Below are positions 13,049 through 25,942 of a DNA stretch of 64,000 nucleotides, piece by piece (position 1 is the first letter of the stretch; each line of letters begins with the position of its first letter). Origin of the DNA: Cyanophora paradoxa CCMP329 (Eukaryota > Plantae > Glaucophyta). The notes below the pieces were generated by a model that saw only the letters and a program-made list of their open reading frames with translations, was not told the DNA's origin and ran no database searches. The translations under genes were made by a program, and so were the position numbers. The stretch is from NCBI GenBank assembly GCA_004431415.1, contig QPMI01000139.1, positions 1 through 64,000 on the forward strand, in the 5' to 3' direction.

Positions 13049-14509
13049 ATGGCTTTCGTCGCCCCGGTCGCTGCCATCTCGGCCCGCGTTGCGGCGCCCT
13101 CGCAGATTTCTGCCTCGTGCCAGAAGCCTGGTTCGCGAGTCCACGATGCAGAGTGCGCGCGCAGGCTGACGCACCCGCCTCCCGCAGCCGCGGCGGTCGT
13201 CGCACAGCAGAAGTCGCGTTTCGTCGCGGGCCAGACCGTCGGCAAGCGCGCCTTCTTCGGTCGCGCGCAGCAGTTCGCCGCGCCCGTGGCTGGCCCGTCC
13301 ACCCAGGCCGTCAAGCCGATTTCGATGGCGGCGGTGCGCGAGGGCGGCGGGGAGCGGGGCGGGCGGGGCTGAGGGGCGGGGCGCAGTCGATCGAGGAGCT
13401 GAAGAAGCTGGCGGCGGAGAAGGCGGTGGACATGTACTTCAAGGACGACATGGTGGTGGGCCTGGGCACCGGCTCCACGGCGGCCTACGCCGTCGCCCAC
13501 GTCGGCAAGCGCCTCAAGGAGGGCTCCCTCAAGAACATCGTCGCCATCCCCACCTCCGAGCGCACCTACGAGCAGGCCAAGAGGTCCCCGCCCCGCCCCG
13601 CCCGCCGGCCGCCCCAGCTCACGCCGGCGCAGCCTCGGCATCCCGCTCTCGACGCTGGACATCCACCCCAAGATCGCCGTCACCATCGACGGCGCCGATG
13701 AGGCCCGCCCGCCCGCCCGCCGGCCGGCGCCGCCCCGGCCTCGCTGAGGGCGGGGGCAGGTGTGCCCGAAGCTGGACCTGGTGAAGGGCCGCGGCGGGGC
13801 GCTGCTGCGCGAGAAGATGGTGGAGCTGGCGTCGGAGAAGTTCATCGTCATCGTCGACGACACCAAGCTCGTCCCCGGCCTCGGCGTCTCCGGCGCCATG
13901 CCCGTCGGTCCGCCCGCCCCGCGCCCCGCCCCGCCCCGCCCGAGCGCCCCCCGGAGCCGGCCGACGCCCCCGCGCAGAGGTCGTGAAGTTCTGCTGGGAC
14001 TTCAACGCGCAGCGCATCCGCGAGGCGCTCGGCTGCCAGTCGCAGCTCCGCGACACCGGCAACCGCGACGTCCGCCCCGCCCCCCGTCCCCCGCGCCGCG
14101 CGCCGGCGCCAACGGAGAGGGCGCAGGAGTACACCGTGTACGAGACGGACAACAGCAACTACATCGTGGACCTCTACTTCGACAAGCCCATCCCGGACTC
14201 CAAGAAGGCCGCCCAGATCCTCGACGTTCGCCCCGCCCCGCCCCGCACCGCCCCGCCCCTCGCCGACGCGGGGCTCGCGCAGAGCTACGTCGGCGTCGTC
14301 GAGCACGGCCTCTTCCTCGACATGGTGCGCGGCCCCGCCCCGGCCGCCCCGGCCCCGCCCCGGCCGCCCCCGCCCCGCCCCGCCGCCCTGCCGACGCGCG
14401 GGGCCGGCAGGCCACCTCGGTGATCGTCGCGGCGTCGGAGGGCGTGTACGAGCTCAAGCACAAGGACCCGAGCAACCGCAACTCCGAGGTCGTCAAGACC
14501 ATGCTGTGA
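13049..14509 (+). CDS. rpiA: Ribose-5-phosphate isomerase A, plastid-targeted
   Basis: [52 protein letters not shown]. Transit peptide starts [11 protein letters not shown]. Confidence 0.95.
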
Positions 14510-14945
14510 GCGCCGCCCCGCGGCCGCCCCCGCCGGCCATGGGCCCGCGCCCTCGCGCACCCCGGCCGGTCCCCCTTTGTAGTAATTTAATGAAGGCTTC
14601 TTGAACGCGTTCAATGCGCAAGCACTGCGGCGGGGGTCCGGTAGGCGTTAAGGAAAAGCGAGCGCATGAGCGGCGGGCCGGGGCCGCGCCGCGCGCGTGC
14701 ATCGGCGCTTCATGAACCCGCAAGCGCACAAAAGAATTCATATTGAAGCGGAACGTGATCTGGCTAGCGCTGGATCTGCCGTCAAGCGAGGCGAGTAGAC
14801 GTCGGGACGCTCTACCCCTCCACCGGCGGGACCAGTTCAGCCGCCGAGCGTGCCGTAGGTTCGCCCCCGCGTTCATTTGGCCCACCGATATCGCACAGGT
14901 TGAATCCCCCCGCCCTTGCGGCGCCGCTGACCAACCGCCGCAGCC

Positions 14946-16249
14946 ATGGTCGTGGCTCTCTCAGCGAGACAGCGCGCAGAAAACCTCTTAGTGCTGCGTA
15001 GATTTGAAGAGGCGATTAAGATATCTTCCGACGCGCTCTGGGGTGCGCACGCGTCTCCCCAGCGTCGCCCGCCACTTCCGCGCCGCCGTGCTCACGCGCA
15101 CACGTAGAGCGCAAGAACTTGCATGAGGCAGAGGAGACAACGGCATCGGCAACCCGCCGCCGGCGCTGCCCGCACTGCCATCTAAACTACGACGACGATG
15201 AAGTTCTCGACGGGGCTAGCGGCTGTGGCTGCGTTCCCTTCGTCTCCGTCGTACTGCAGAGCATGTTTGAGCTCGGGCGCGCGGCGGAGGTGACAGACTT
15301 CCTCGACGCGATCTACGGGCCGGGGGCGCTGCACAAGGGCGTGCTCCCCTTCCCCATCTTCGCCATGACGTGCGCCCCGCGGGCGCCGCGCACCTGCCGC
15401 GCGATTGGTTTCTCTTTCTTTTCCTGATCCTCTTTTATGGCGCAGGCTGTCGCTGATGGGCAGCAGCGGGCAGTACGAGGAGGCGGCGGCGGTCGGCGTC
15501 GCCGAGCTGGAGATGCTGCAGAGCTGCCAGTTCGAGCGCTCGGCGGCCGGCACGTTCCAGACGCGGCGGGTGCGGGCGCGCAACTGCGCGGCCAAGTTCG
15601 ACACGCTGCTGGAGGTGCTGGTCAGCGGCGTGCTGCTGCCCAACGGGCGCCTCCTGCAGGCGGAGCAGATCGTGCGCAACCAGGTCCAGGCCTCTCCCGA
15701 GGTCAAGCACGTGCGCCCCGCGCCCGCCCACGCGCCCGCCGGCGCGCCGGCGCCGCCGCCGCCGATGCGGGCGGCAGGCGCTGGAGGAGGCGATTGAGGA
15801 GGCGAAGCGGGGCCTCGGGGCGGCGCGGCGGGCCCCAGCGAGGCCGCCGGCGGGGCCGCCCCGGCGGGCCCGCTCGTGCGCGTCCGCAAGCGCCCCGAGG
15901 GCGCCCCGCTCCTCGAGGCGGCCGCCGCGCCGGCCCCTCCCCGGCCCCCTCCTCCTCGAGCCGGGGGCGGGGCGGGCGGGGCGGGGCCGGGGCGGGGCCG
16001 GGGGCGGGGCGTGTGCGCGGGGGCCTGGGGCGGCTGCTGGCGGTGCCGCGCTGGCTCCTCTCGTGGAGGTGCGCGGCGGGGGTCCTCTTCCTCGCCCTCG
16101 CCGCCCTCCTCCTCTGGCACCGCGCCCGCCGCGGCGCCCTCGCCCGCCGCGCCGCCCTCCGCTCCCTCCAGTCCCGCAACGCCACCGCCGCCGCCTCCTC
16201 GCCCTTCGGAGACTTCGTCAAGATGATGTTCAGCACCCTCTACCTCTAG
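14946..16249 (+). CDS. PEX26/APEM9-like tail-anchored peroxin (tentative)
   Basis: AENLLVLRRFEEAIKISSDAL; VVLQSMFELGRAAEVTDFLDAIYG..LPFPIF; C-terminal TM followed by a basic patch (AAGVLFLALAALLLWHRARR) and FGDFVKMMFS. Assignment is from recalled motif pattern. Confidence 0.55.
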
Positions 16250-16436
16250 ATCCCGCCCTGTACACCCTGTAAGTAGTCCCGCAGATCGGACAAGCCCTAG
16301 AGACCTCTTTTTGAAGGCTTCAGCGTAGTCAACTGGCGCGCGGCCCGCCCCCGCCCACAGCACGCGCGCGCACCAGAGCACCGCGCGCTCTCTGCTAGCT
16401 CTGCACACAAGCGCGGCTGGGAGGCGGGGCGGGGGC

Positions 16437-19400
16437 CTAGAGGGGGGTGCCGTCCTCGCGGATGGCGCCGGCGGCGACGGTGAGGAGGGCGTCGGGATCG
16501 ACGCGGGCGCGGATGGCCTCGTTGACGCGCTCCAGCGGCAGCGCCGCCAGCAGCCCGGCGTACTCGTCCAGGTACGACACCGCCCGCCCCCGGTCCGCGT
16601 TCGCCAGGATCGCCCCCGCCAGGCCCCGCGTCGACGCCAGGCCGACCTTGTAGCCGCCCTGCGGGGAGGAAAGGGGGTGCTCAGCGTGGAGGCGGGGTGG
16701 CGGGGCAGGCGGGGGGTCGGGGCGGGGCTACCTGGAGGGTCTCGACGCGGGCGCGGAGCTCCTCCTCGGTGATGCCCTCCCGCGCCCACCGCCGCACCTC
16801 CTCCTCGATCGCCTCCCTGCCCCGCCCCGCCCCGCCACCTCAGGCACGAGCGACGCGTCGGGGGCGTGGGGGGCCGGGGGGCAGAGACCGGCCGGGGAGG
16901 ACGTTGGCGGGGGCGAAGGAGGCGGCGACGCGGAGGTAGGCGTCGGCGCCGTCGTCGGCGGCCTCGAGGCCGGCGCGGATGCTGTACGTGAGGCCCCGCT
17001 CGTCCCGCACCCGCTGCACCAGCCGCGACGAGAAGTTGCCCCCCAGCGCGTACGCCCCGACCATCAGCGGCAGGTAGTCGGCGTGGGCGCGGTCGACGCC
17101 AACGGGGACGGCGAGGAGCGTCTCGCAGCTCGGGCGGTCCGGGATGGAGATGAAGGAGGCGGCGCGGGGGGCGCGGAGAGCGCGGGCGCCCTCCGGGTGG
17201 CGCACGGCGAGGGGCGAGGCGCGCCAGCCGCCGAAGTGCCGCGCCACGAGCTCGCTGACCTCCTCCGAGTCGACGTCGCCGACGGCCACGAGGTGCAGCG
17301 GGCCGAGGCCGTAGCTGGCGGCGTGGAAGGCCCGCAGGTCGGCCGCCGTCGTCGCCCGCGTCGCCTCCACCATCTCCTCGATCGACGCGCTGTGCGTCGG
17401 GTGCTGCCGCCCCGCCCCTGCGTCGGCGGAGGGAGGGCGCGGGGAGGGCGGGGGGGCGGACGTTCTCGGGGTAGAGGCGGCGGAGGAGGTCGATGGAGGC
17501 GCGGGCGCCCGGGGCGAGGCGGGAGCGCTCGAGGTCGGAGAGGGTGCGGGCGCGCAGCGTCTCGAGCTCGGCCTCGGGGAAGGCCGGCTCCCGCAGCTGC
17601 TCGGCGAGGAGCTCGAGGACGAGCGGCAGGTCTTCCCGCAGGCACCGCCCCGAGAAGGCGACGCGGTAGCCCCCGTCGTCGCCCAGCGAGAGCGAGGCGC
17701 CGCGGTCCTCCAGCAGCGCCCCCACCTCCAGCTTGCTCCGCCGCGCCGTGCCCCCCTCCAGCAGCTTCCCCGCCAGGTTCGCCTGCCCCCGGCCCAGCCC
17801 AGCCGGCGTCGGCGGGGCGCGGGAGAGGGGCGCGCGCGCGGGGGGCGCGGGGCCCGCACGAGCATAACGTTGGAGGCGGAGGAGAACTGGGTGCCCCCGA
17901 GGATCGAGCCGGCGATCGTCACGACGCCCTCCACGGGGGTACGCATCGCGAAGACGCGCGCCCCCGGCACCGGCTCCGTCACCGCCACCTGCTCCGCGAT
18001 CCCCTTCCCCGCCCCCGCCCGCTTCGGCGCCCTCGCCGCCGCCGGCGCCGCGCCGTTCGCCGCCGCCGCGCGGGCCGCCGAGGAGGAGGATGCGGCGGGC
18101 GGGGCGGGCTGGGGCGGTGCGGGGGCGACGGGGACGAAGAAGCCGGTGGTCATGATGTCCTCGTCGAAGACGAGGCGCGCCGCCGCCTGCACCTCCTCCC
18201 GCGTCACCGCCGCGATCTTGTCCTCGTACTCCGCCTGCCCCCCGCGAGCATGAGCGCGGGGCGGGGCGGGGGCGGGGCGGGGCGGGGCGGGGCGCGCGTA
18301 GAACTCCCAGCCGCCGACGGCGATGGCCTCGTTGAGGCCGCCGGCGACGGAGAAGGCGCCGTCCCGCGCGAAGGCCGTCGCCGCCCGCACCGCCGCCTTG
18401 GCCCGCGCCAGCTCCGCCTCCGTGACCCCCTCCGCCACCAGCCGCGCCTGCTCCGCCGCGATCGCCGCCTGCACCTCCTCGTGCGTCCGCCCCGGGGCCA
18501 CGAAGGCGTAGGTGCGGAAGAGGCCGTTCTCGCGGAGGGGCGGGCAGGAGACGAAGAGGCGCGTGGCGATGCCCGTGTCCACGAGCGCCCGGTACAGCCG
18601 CGACGTCTTCCCCGAGCCCAGCACCTGCCGCCGCCCCGCTGAGACGGGGAGGAGGGGGAGGGCGGGGGCGGGGGGGCGGGGCGCACCTGGGCGAGGACCT
18701 GGATGGCGTGGGTGCTCTTGTCGAGGGCCGGCGGCGTCTTGAAGGCCTGCGCCACGATCCCGCTCTGCCCGACGCGCTTGACGACGACGTGCCGCGGGCC
18801 CGTCTGCTTCTCCTCCTCCGTGTAGGGGCGGGGGATGGGGTGCGGGGCCGGCCCGTGCTCCTTGAAGTGCTTCGCCACCAGCGCGAGGGCCGCCGCCGGC
18901 GTCACGTCCCCGACGACCGTGCAGCAGGCGTTGTTCGGGTGGTAGTACGTGTCGTAGAACTCCCGCAGGCGCTCCGTCGAGACGTTCTCGATGTCGGAGC
19001 GCCAGCCGATGGTGGAGTGGTGGTACCCGTGGGCCATGTAGGCGGCGGCCCACACGTGCTTGTCGAGAACCTGCAGCGGGCTGCCCCGGGGCGGTGTCGG
19101 CCGGGGCGGGGCGGGGCGGCGCGGGGCGGGGCGGACTCGTTGTCGCCGCGGTCGTACTCCTGGCGGACGACGCTCATCTCGGGACGGCGGTCCTCGTCGC
19201 GCAGGAAGGCGTGCCGCATGCGGTCCGCCTCCACCGCCACCACCTTCTCCAGGTGCTCCACCGGCACCACCGCGTAGTAGTTCGTCCGGTCTGCAGCCGC
19301 GGACGCCACCGTCAGCCGCCGCCGGCGTGTCGCGCGAGGCATCATGCGAGCGCAAGGACTCTGCGCTCACCGAGCCAGGTCGTCTGCGCGCGGGCGCCGC

Positions 19401-20309
19401 TCGGGTCGGTCGGGGCGGGGGGCCAGCGCGTGGGCACGGGCGGCGCATGCGCACGGCGTTCATCTGGGCGCCGATGTTCTGGAGGACGGTCCACACGCTC
19501 GTCCCCTTCTCCTTGTTGAAGTTGCGGCTCCCCTTGAACCTGCCGCGCCCCCGAGGCCCCGAGGCGACCCGCTAAGCCCGCGAGCCACGAAGCCGGCCCC
19601 GGGCTGGCGCGCGGGCGCACATCAGGTGCTCGAGGAGGTGCGTCGCGCCGGTGTGGCCCTGCGCCTCGTACCGGCTCCCGACCTCGTAGCTGCGCGCGGA
19701 TCAAATCGAACAACGGGGGCCGGCTGGCGGCACGCACGTGACCATGAAGAGGCCGACGGGGGCCGAGTGGTCGGAGAGCACGAGGACCCGCATTCCATTC
19801 GACTTCTGCCCGCGGCGCGTGAGCGCCCGGCGGCCCGGCGCCCAACGCGCTAGCGCTGTCATGTGCAGCTCGATGCGCACCATCAGGAATTCCTTGATAC
19901 CCTTCAACTCCTTGACGAATTCGAAGTCGTCGGGGATGGCTGAGCGGGGCGCACGTGCAAGGTCATCATAAGACGCGACGTTAGGCGGCAGCCGGGGCGA
20001 AAGGAATCTACCTTCGGACGTCGACGCTTCGGCAGGAGCGGCGGGAGACGGAGCCTGCAGCTCACTCCTCGGCGCGCTCGTGCTTTTGCCGCTTCGGGTC
20101 GAGAAAACGGCAGCTGGCCGCAGGAGAGCTGGACCGGCTGAGCTGTAGAAGAGCGACTGACGAGAAGCGAGCCTGGCTGGACGATGCGCCCGGCGCGTGC
20201 TGAGCTGAGCAGGCCGCACGAGCCGCGCCGGCGCCTGTGCGACGGCAACCCGTGCAACAGGGAGGCTCCGGACGGCCATCGCCGTAGCCGGTGTCAGAAA
20301 CGCGTCCAT
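16437..20309 (-). CDS. M16 family zinc metallopeptidase (bacterial PqqL-like two-module type), putative plastid-targeted
   Basis: Inverted zincin GATHLLEHLM-FKGS; NATTWLDRTNYY; HHSTIGWRSDIE; ALGGNFSSRLVQRVRDERGLTYSI. N-terminus MDAFLTPATAMAVRS. Confidence 0.9.
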
Positions 20310-20505
20310 AGAGTGCTAGCTACAGGTCTGTGTGAGACTGTCGGCGTGCGCTCAATGTTTCACGTACTCCTGTCTTGTCCCCCCCTACTCCTGCTTAGCT
20401 GGCGACCTGCTTAAGCTTGCGAGCCCGAGGAAACCGAGGAACCAGCACGCAAGAGTCTGCGCGGTTGAGCCTGCACGTCTGGCTGGGCCCCTGGAATCAA
20501 GCGTC

Positions 20506-22430
20506 ATGTCCGCCGAGCCAGCGGAGGGTAGGCCCGCCCAGAGCGAGCCAGCGGAGGGTAGCGGCGTGATACCTGAGAGCTCTGGCAACGCGGACGCGTC
20601 GAAGCCTGTTGCCTTTCCGTCGTCTTTCATCGCCTCGATGGCCGCCGACCTACCCAGCGATCAGGCGATGGCCGAGTGTGACAGACTCTTCGCTCATGGT
20701 ACGTGCAAGCGCTACCGTAGTTGCCTGGAGCGTCGCTCAGGCGCCGTCCACGCAGGGGAAAGGTTGTACGCAAGCGGGGCGCAGAAGGACTACGAAGAAG
20801 CGAGAACCGTGTACCTCGTCCGCACCTTTGCAGAGCTCTGATCCGCGGAGCCGCTTCGTTGACCTCTTTGCGGCGCAGAGCGCGGTGGCGCTGGCCCGCA
20901 GCAAGGAGCTAGTGTGGCCTCTGCTGCCGCGGGCGATCTCGCGATTGGCGCGCGTATGCATGCACCTGGGGCGCTATGAGGAGGGCATGAAGTTTCTGCA
21001 GACGGAGAAGTTCATGCTGGACGCGCTCCTCGTGCGGGCAGTCGAGCAGCGCTCCAACCCGGCGCCCGGCTCCCCGCGCTCCCCCTCGGGCAGCTTCCGC
21101 GCCGCCGGCTCGCCGCGCTCGCGGGGGGCGGAGGGCGAGGGCGGGCCGCTGAGCCCGCATCGGCTGAAGAGCGGGAGCTTCGGGGCGCCGTACCGGGTGC
21201 CCCGGCTCGCGGACGACCAGGAGGCCTCGGGCGGCTCCCCCGCGAGCGCCTCGCCGAGGGCCTCCTCCCAGCCCGCCTCCCCGGGGCGCGCCCCCGCACC
21301 GGCGCCCTCCGTGGCCGTCACAGCCGCCGAGGGCGACGAGGCGGGGGAGGCGGTGGAGGCGGGCGCGGCCGGGGAGCAGGAGGAGGAGCAGGGGGCGGGG
21401 GTGACGCTGGCGCTGCCGCCGCGGCGGGGCAAGATGTCGGCGGCCTCGTCGCTGGTGGACGGGGCGAGCTCGCACACGGACCTCACCAGCGAGGTCAGCG
21501 AGGCCGGCAGCGAGGTCCCCAGCGAGGGCACGGGTCCGCCCCGCCCGCCCCGCCCCGCCCTTCCGGGCCGTCGCGCGGGGTGCGAGGGCGGGGCGGGGCG
21601 ACGGCAGAGTACGTGACTGCGATGGAGGAGAAGGCGGGGGCGTACGACAAGCTGGCGGAGATGTTCCTCTCGGACCGGCAGCACCAGCTCGCGTGGGAGT
21701 ACGCGCAGAAGGCGATGCGCATCCGCGAGGAGATCTGCCGCCACCCCGCCTGGCGCGGCGGCGAGGAGAAGGTCGAGACCATCGCCAAGGTCTACTTCGG
21801 CATCGGTACCCCCGCCCGCCCCGCCCCGGCCCCGGCCTGGCGCCCGGCGCGAGGCGGGGGGGTCGCAGGGGTGCAGAAGTACCAGGCAGCACTGCAGCGG
21901 TACCGCCGCTCGCGGTCGCAGATGGCGCGCCGTGCGCCGCCCGACGGCTCCCTCCCCGAGGGCGCCGACGGCGAGGAGGAGGAGGCCGCAGCCGAGGCCA
22001 GCTCCTACGCGCCCGAGGGCGAGGGCGACGGGGGGGCCGGGGAGGGCGGGGCCGGGGGGGAGGGCGGCGTGCGGCGGCGCGCGCGGGTCGCCTTCGCGAA
22101 GGGCGCGGAGGAGGAGGAGGAGGAGGAGGAGGAGGATGCGGGGCCGGAGGGGGCGGGGCGGCGCGGGAGCATGGAGAGCACGGGGGAGGAGGAGGAGGAG
22201 GAGGAGGCCGCCGAGGAGCGCCGCCGCGCCTCCATCCGCCGCTACCTCATCGTGCGCCCGTCCCCCGCCCGCCGCCCCCCCCGGCCTCGCGAGGGCGTGC
22301 GCTGAGGGGCGCGGGGCGGGCGCAGTGGGCGCTGGCGGCGGTCGTGGTGGGGACGGCCCTCGCCGTCTACCTCGCCTACAAGAAGACCCTCCGCCTCGTC
22401 GAAATCCACGGCGTACCCCTCCGCCCCTAG
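20506..22430 (+). CDS. TPR-like helical protein with acidic region and C-terminal TM anchor (weakly consortin-like)
   Basis: TPR-like helices (LPRAISRLARVCMHLGRYEEGMKFLQTEK; AYDKLAEMFLSDRQHQLAWEYAQKA). Terminal WALAAVVVGTALAVYLAYKK. Host-type introns. Confidence 0.6.
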
Positions 22431-22564
22431 CGCTAGCCCGCCCCCGCGCGCACCCGCCCCGCCCCCCCACGCCCCCGTCCCGTCTCCAAGCGCGCGGCAC
22501 GCTCGATTAGAAGAGAGAGGTTGGGGTCGGGGTGCGGGGGTGCGGGGCGGGGGCGGGGGCGGGC

Positions 22565-24291
22565 CTAGGTGCGGGGCGGGGGCAGGAGGCACATGGCGTC
22601 GCCGAAGGAGTAGAAGCGGTAGCGCTGCTCGAGGGCCTCCGCGTAGGTCGCGAGCAGCGCGCGGCGCCCCATCAGCGCCGACACCATCATCATCAGCGAG
22701 CTCTTCGGCAGGTGGAAGTTCGTCACTGCGCGCCGGTCGCTCACCGGGCGCCGGCGCGGGGCGGTCGGGGCGGTGGGGCGGGGCGGACCCATGCCCTGGA
22801 CGACGCGCCACTGGTAGCCCGGGTAGATGAAAATGGAGGTGCGCCCGAAGAAGGGCGCCAGCGGGGCGCTCCCCGCCACCCCCGCGCTCCCCGCCCGCGC
22901 CTCCGCCGCCTGCGCGGCGCCCTCGAGCGCCCGCGCCGCCGTCGTGCCCACCGCGATCACCCGCCCGCCCCGCGCCCGGCACGCCTCGATCGCCTCCACC
23001 GTCTGCGACGGCACGTGCACCCTGCGGCGAGGCGCGTGAGCGGGGCGGGGCGGGGGCGGGGCGGGGCGCGGGGCGCGCCGCTCGTCGTGCATGGCGTGCT
23101 GGGCGATGTGGGCCGCCTCGACGGGGCGGAAGGTGCCGAGGCCGACGTGGAGGGTGACGAAGGCGCGGGCGACGCCGGCGGCCTCCAGGCGCGCGAGCAG
23201 CTCCTCCGTGAAGTGCAGGCCCGCCGTCGGCGCCGCCGCCGACCCCGCCTCCTTCCCGTACACCGTCTGGTACTGCTCCTGCGCCCCAGCGCCTCGCCCC
23301 CGCCCCGCGAGCGGCGGCGGGGCGGGGACGGGGGCGGCGGACCCCGGCGGCGGTGCTCTGGGTGATGTACGGGGGCAGGGGCACCTTGCCGAGGCGCTCG
23401 AGGAGAGGCAGGAAGGGCTGCCCGGGGGGCAGCAGGAAGCGCAGCATGCGCCCGCCCGACGCCTCGTCCACCGACTCGATCTCCGCCGTCAGCGCCGGCT
23501 CCCCCGCACCCTCCGACTCTGCCCGTCCCGCCCCGTGTCGGGACCCCGGCCGGGGCGGGGCGGGGGGCGCACCGAAGAAGCCGACGCGGGCGCCGGGGCG
23601 GAGCCTGCGGCCGGGGCGGACGAGGGCGAGCCAGAGGTTCTTCTCGCGCTCCTCCAGCAGCAGCACCTCGCAGTGCGCCCCCTCCGCCGCTACCGCCCCG
23701 CCCCCTCGCCACAGCGCCCCGCGACCCTCGCGGCGCGCGCACCGGGGTCGGTCCTGCGGGCGGGCTGGGAGCCCGGGGCCGGGGGCAGCTTGCGGCCGTA
23801 GAGGCGGGCGGGGACGACGCGGGTGTCGTTCATGACGAGGAGGTCGCCGGGGCGGAGCAGCTCGGGCAGCTCGCGGAAGACGCGGTGCGCGAAGTGCGCC
23901 TCGCCGCCCCCGCCCCGCAGCGCCCCGTCCCGCCGCACGGCCCCCAGGTCGATCGCGAAGAGCCGCGAGGTGTCCCGCGGCACCGCCGGGTTCTGCGCGA
24001 TCCGCTCCTCCGGCAAGACGTAGTCGTAGCTCGACAGGTGCATATCCTCCTCCTCCTGCCGCACCGGCGGCGCCCCCAGCGGCGCCGCGCTCGACATGCG
24101 CGCAGCGCCCGGGCGATCAAGCGCCGCGGGCCTCCTCGCCGGCCTGCTCGCCGCCGCCTCGGATCTCGACGCGATCAGCGCTGAGCTGGCGCTGCCGGCG
24201 GCGAACGGTCGGGTCAGGCGGCGCGCGCCGGCCGCCGCTCCGTCGCTCGTAGTGGGAGGTAGCGCGTTCGACAGGAGGAAGGCGGCCGCAT
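22565..24291 (-). CDS. queA: S-adenosylmethionine:tRNA ribosyltransferase-isomerase (queuosine synthesis); start approximate
   Basis: [26 protein letters not shown]; [13 protein letters not shown]; PLPPYI; [10 protein letters not shown]; [12 protein letters not shown]; AVGTT; [10 protein letters not shown]; [10 protein letters not shown]. Intron-containing. Confidence 0.95.
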
Positions 24292-24712
24292 CGGTCCCGT
24301 CGCGCGTTCCGCCCAGCGCTGCACTGCACGGTGAGCGGGGGCGAGCTCGGCGGCGGCGGCGCGAATCCCGAACCTCGAGCCGAGCGAGAGAGAGCCGAAC
24401 CACCGCGCAGCCCGATCCGCGCGCCGGCCAGCATCGCGGACACAATACGGCTGTGGTCGGCGGTCAAGCCCTCGTGCAAACCTCCTTATCTCAGCGAAGC
24501 CGTAAGACGGTGTACGCAGCGTGGCGAAGTGCGGTCTCGGGAAGCCGCGCTCAAAGGGGGTACGCAGATCCCCCTTCGTTCAAACCCGAACGTCGCTACC
24601 GTTCGATCCCTTCGGCCAGCAGCCGCGCCACGCCCCTACGCGAGCTGCCAAAGCTGGAAGTTCTCGCAACAAGCGTTCTGGAGCTGGCAGCCAGCAGATA
24701 CTAGTTGGCGCG

Positions 24713-25942
24713 ATGGAGGGTCTAGCAGGAACTTCGGCAGCCTCGGCCTCAGCGTGCCAGCCTCAGCATCAGCATTCGTGCGATGTTCTGGCTCGCCTGC
24801 GCTCATTGCCGCCCATGCCTCCTCAGCCAAACTCTGTCGCAATGGCGCGACTGGTCGAGCCCGCCGCGAGGGCCTTCGTCAGCGACGTAGTTCGACGGCG
24901 CTGCAGTGCTCTTAAGCTCTGCGATGGAGAAGACTGCGAACTGGACCTGGCTGTCATCGGAAGGAGTTCTCCGGGTCTGGCGGGGTGGTCGTACCTGAAC
25001 TGCTATCTGAAGCGTACCATTCGGTGCCCCGTTCACAGTACAAAGCTGCTTCACTTCAGGTAAGCGCTCGCGCGCTTTTCCGCTGCTCCGGACCCCCGTG
25101 ACGCGAACCGTCGCTAACTTGCATCTCACCAGCCTGCAAGCTTCTGGCGAAGTCATCCTTAAGTGCACGGAGTCGACCCGGTGCGCATGGCAGAGCTTTG
25201 CGAATTCCGCACCGGCCCCGCTGACCACGTCGCGGCCTCGCGCAGCCGCCACTGCCTGTTCGCCGATCGGTTCAACGAGGACGAGGTGCTCCTCGCGAGC
25301 ATCCTCTTCGAGTTCGGGTCCCTGGAGGACGTCACGCTCGAGACTCTGCTCGGCGAGGAGGCCGCCGACTCGGTCGCCTCCGTCTCCCCGGCGCCGCTGC
25401 CGGCCGAGGCTGGGCGGGGCGCGGCGGGGGCGCGCGGGGCCTTCGCCTGCCTGGAGAGCGACGACGCGGTGTCGATCTGCTCGTCGTCCCTCGCCCCGAC
25501 GCCCCTCTCGACCACCTCGAGCTGCGTCTCCGCCTTTGACTTCCCCACCCCGCGCGGGGACGCCCCCTCGCCCTCCTCCCCCCTCCAGCGCACCGCCTCC
25601 GCCGCCGCCTGCGCCGCGCTCCCGCCGGCCTCTCCCGCGCTCTCCATCCCCTTGGACGAGCTTCTCTGCCCCACGCCGGACGTCTCCGGCCGCCCCTCCA
25701 AGCGCCTGCGCTCGGGGGAGACCCCCGCGCCGGCCTCCGCCTCGCTCTCGCGCCACCTCGAGCTCTCCCCGCCCTCCCCCTTCGTCACCGCGCCCCTCTT
25801 CGATCGAGGTGCCTCGCACCCGCGCGCCCCCTCGCCCCACCCTCCTCCCCGCTCACGCCCGCCGCCCCGCAGAGGCCGACCCTTTCACAGTTCTCCCCTT
25901 CGAGCTATCCTTCTGAAGCCTGCCCGACATACGCAATTTTGA
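24713..25942 (+). CDS. Hypothetical protein (Cys/His-containing N-part, Ser/Pro-rich tail)
   Basis: Coding-like frames 24713-25059 and 25163-25942 joined by a GTAAGC..CAG intron. No family recognised. Confidence 0.5.
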
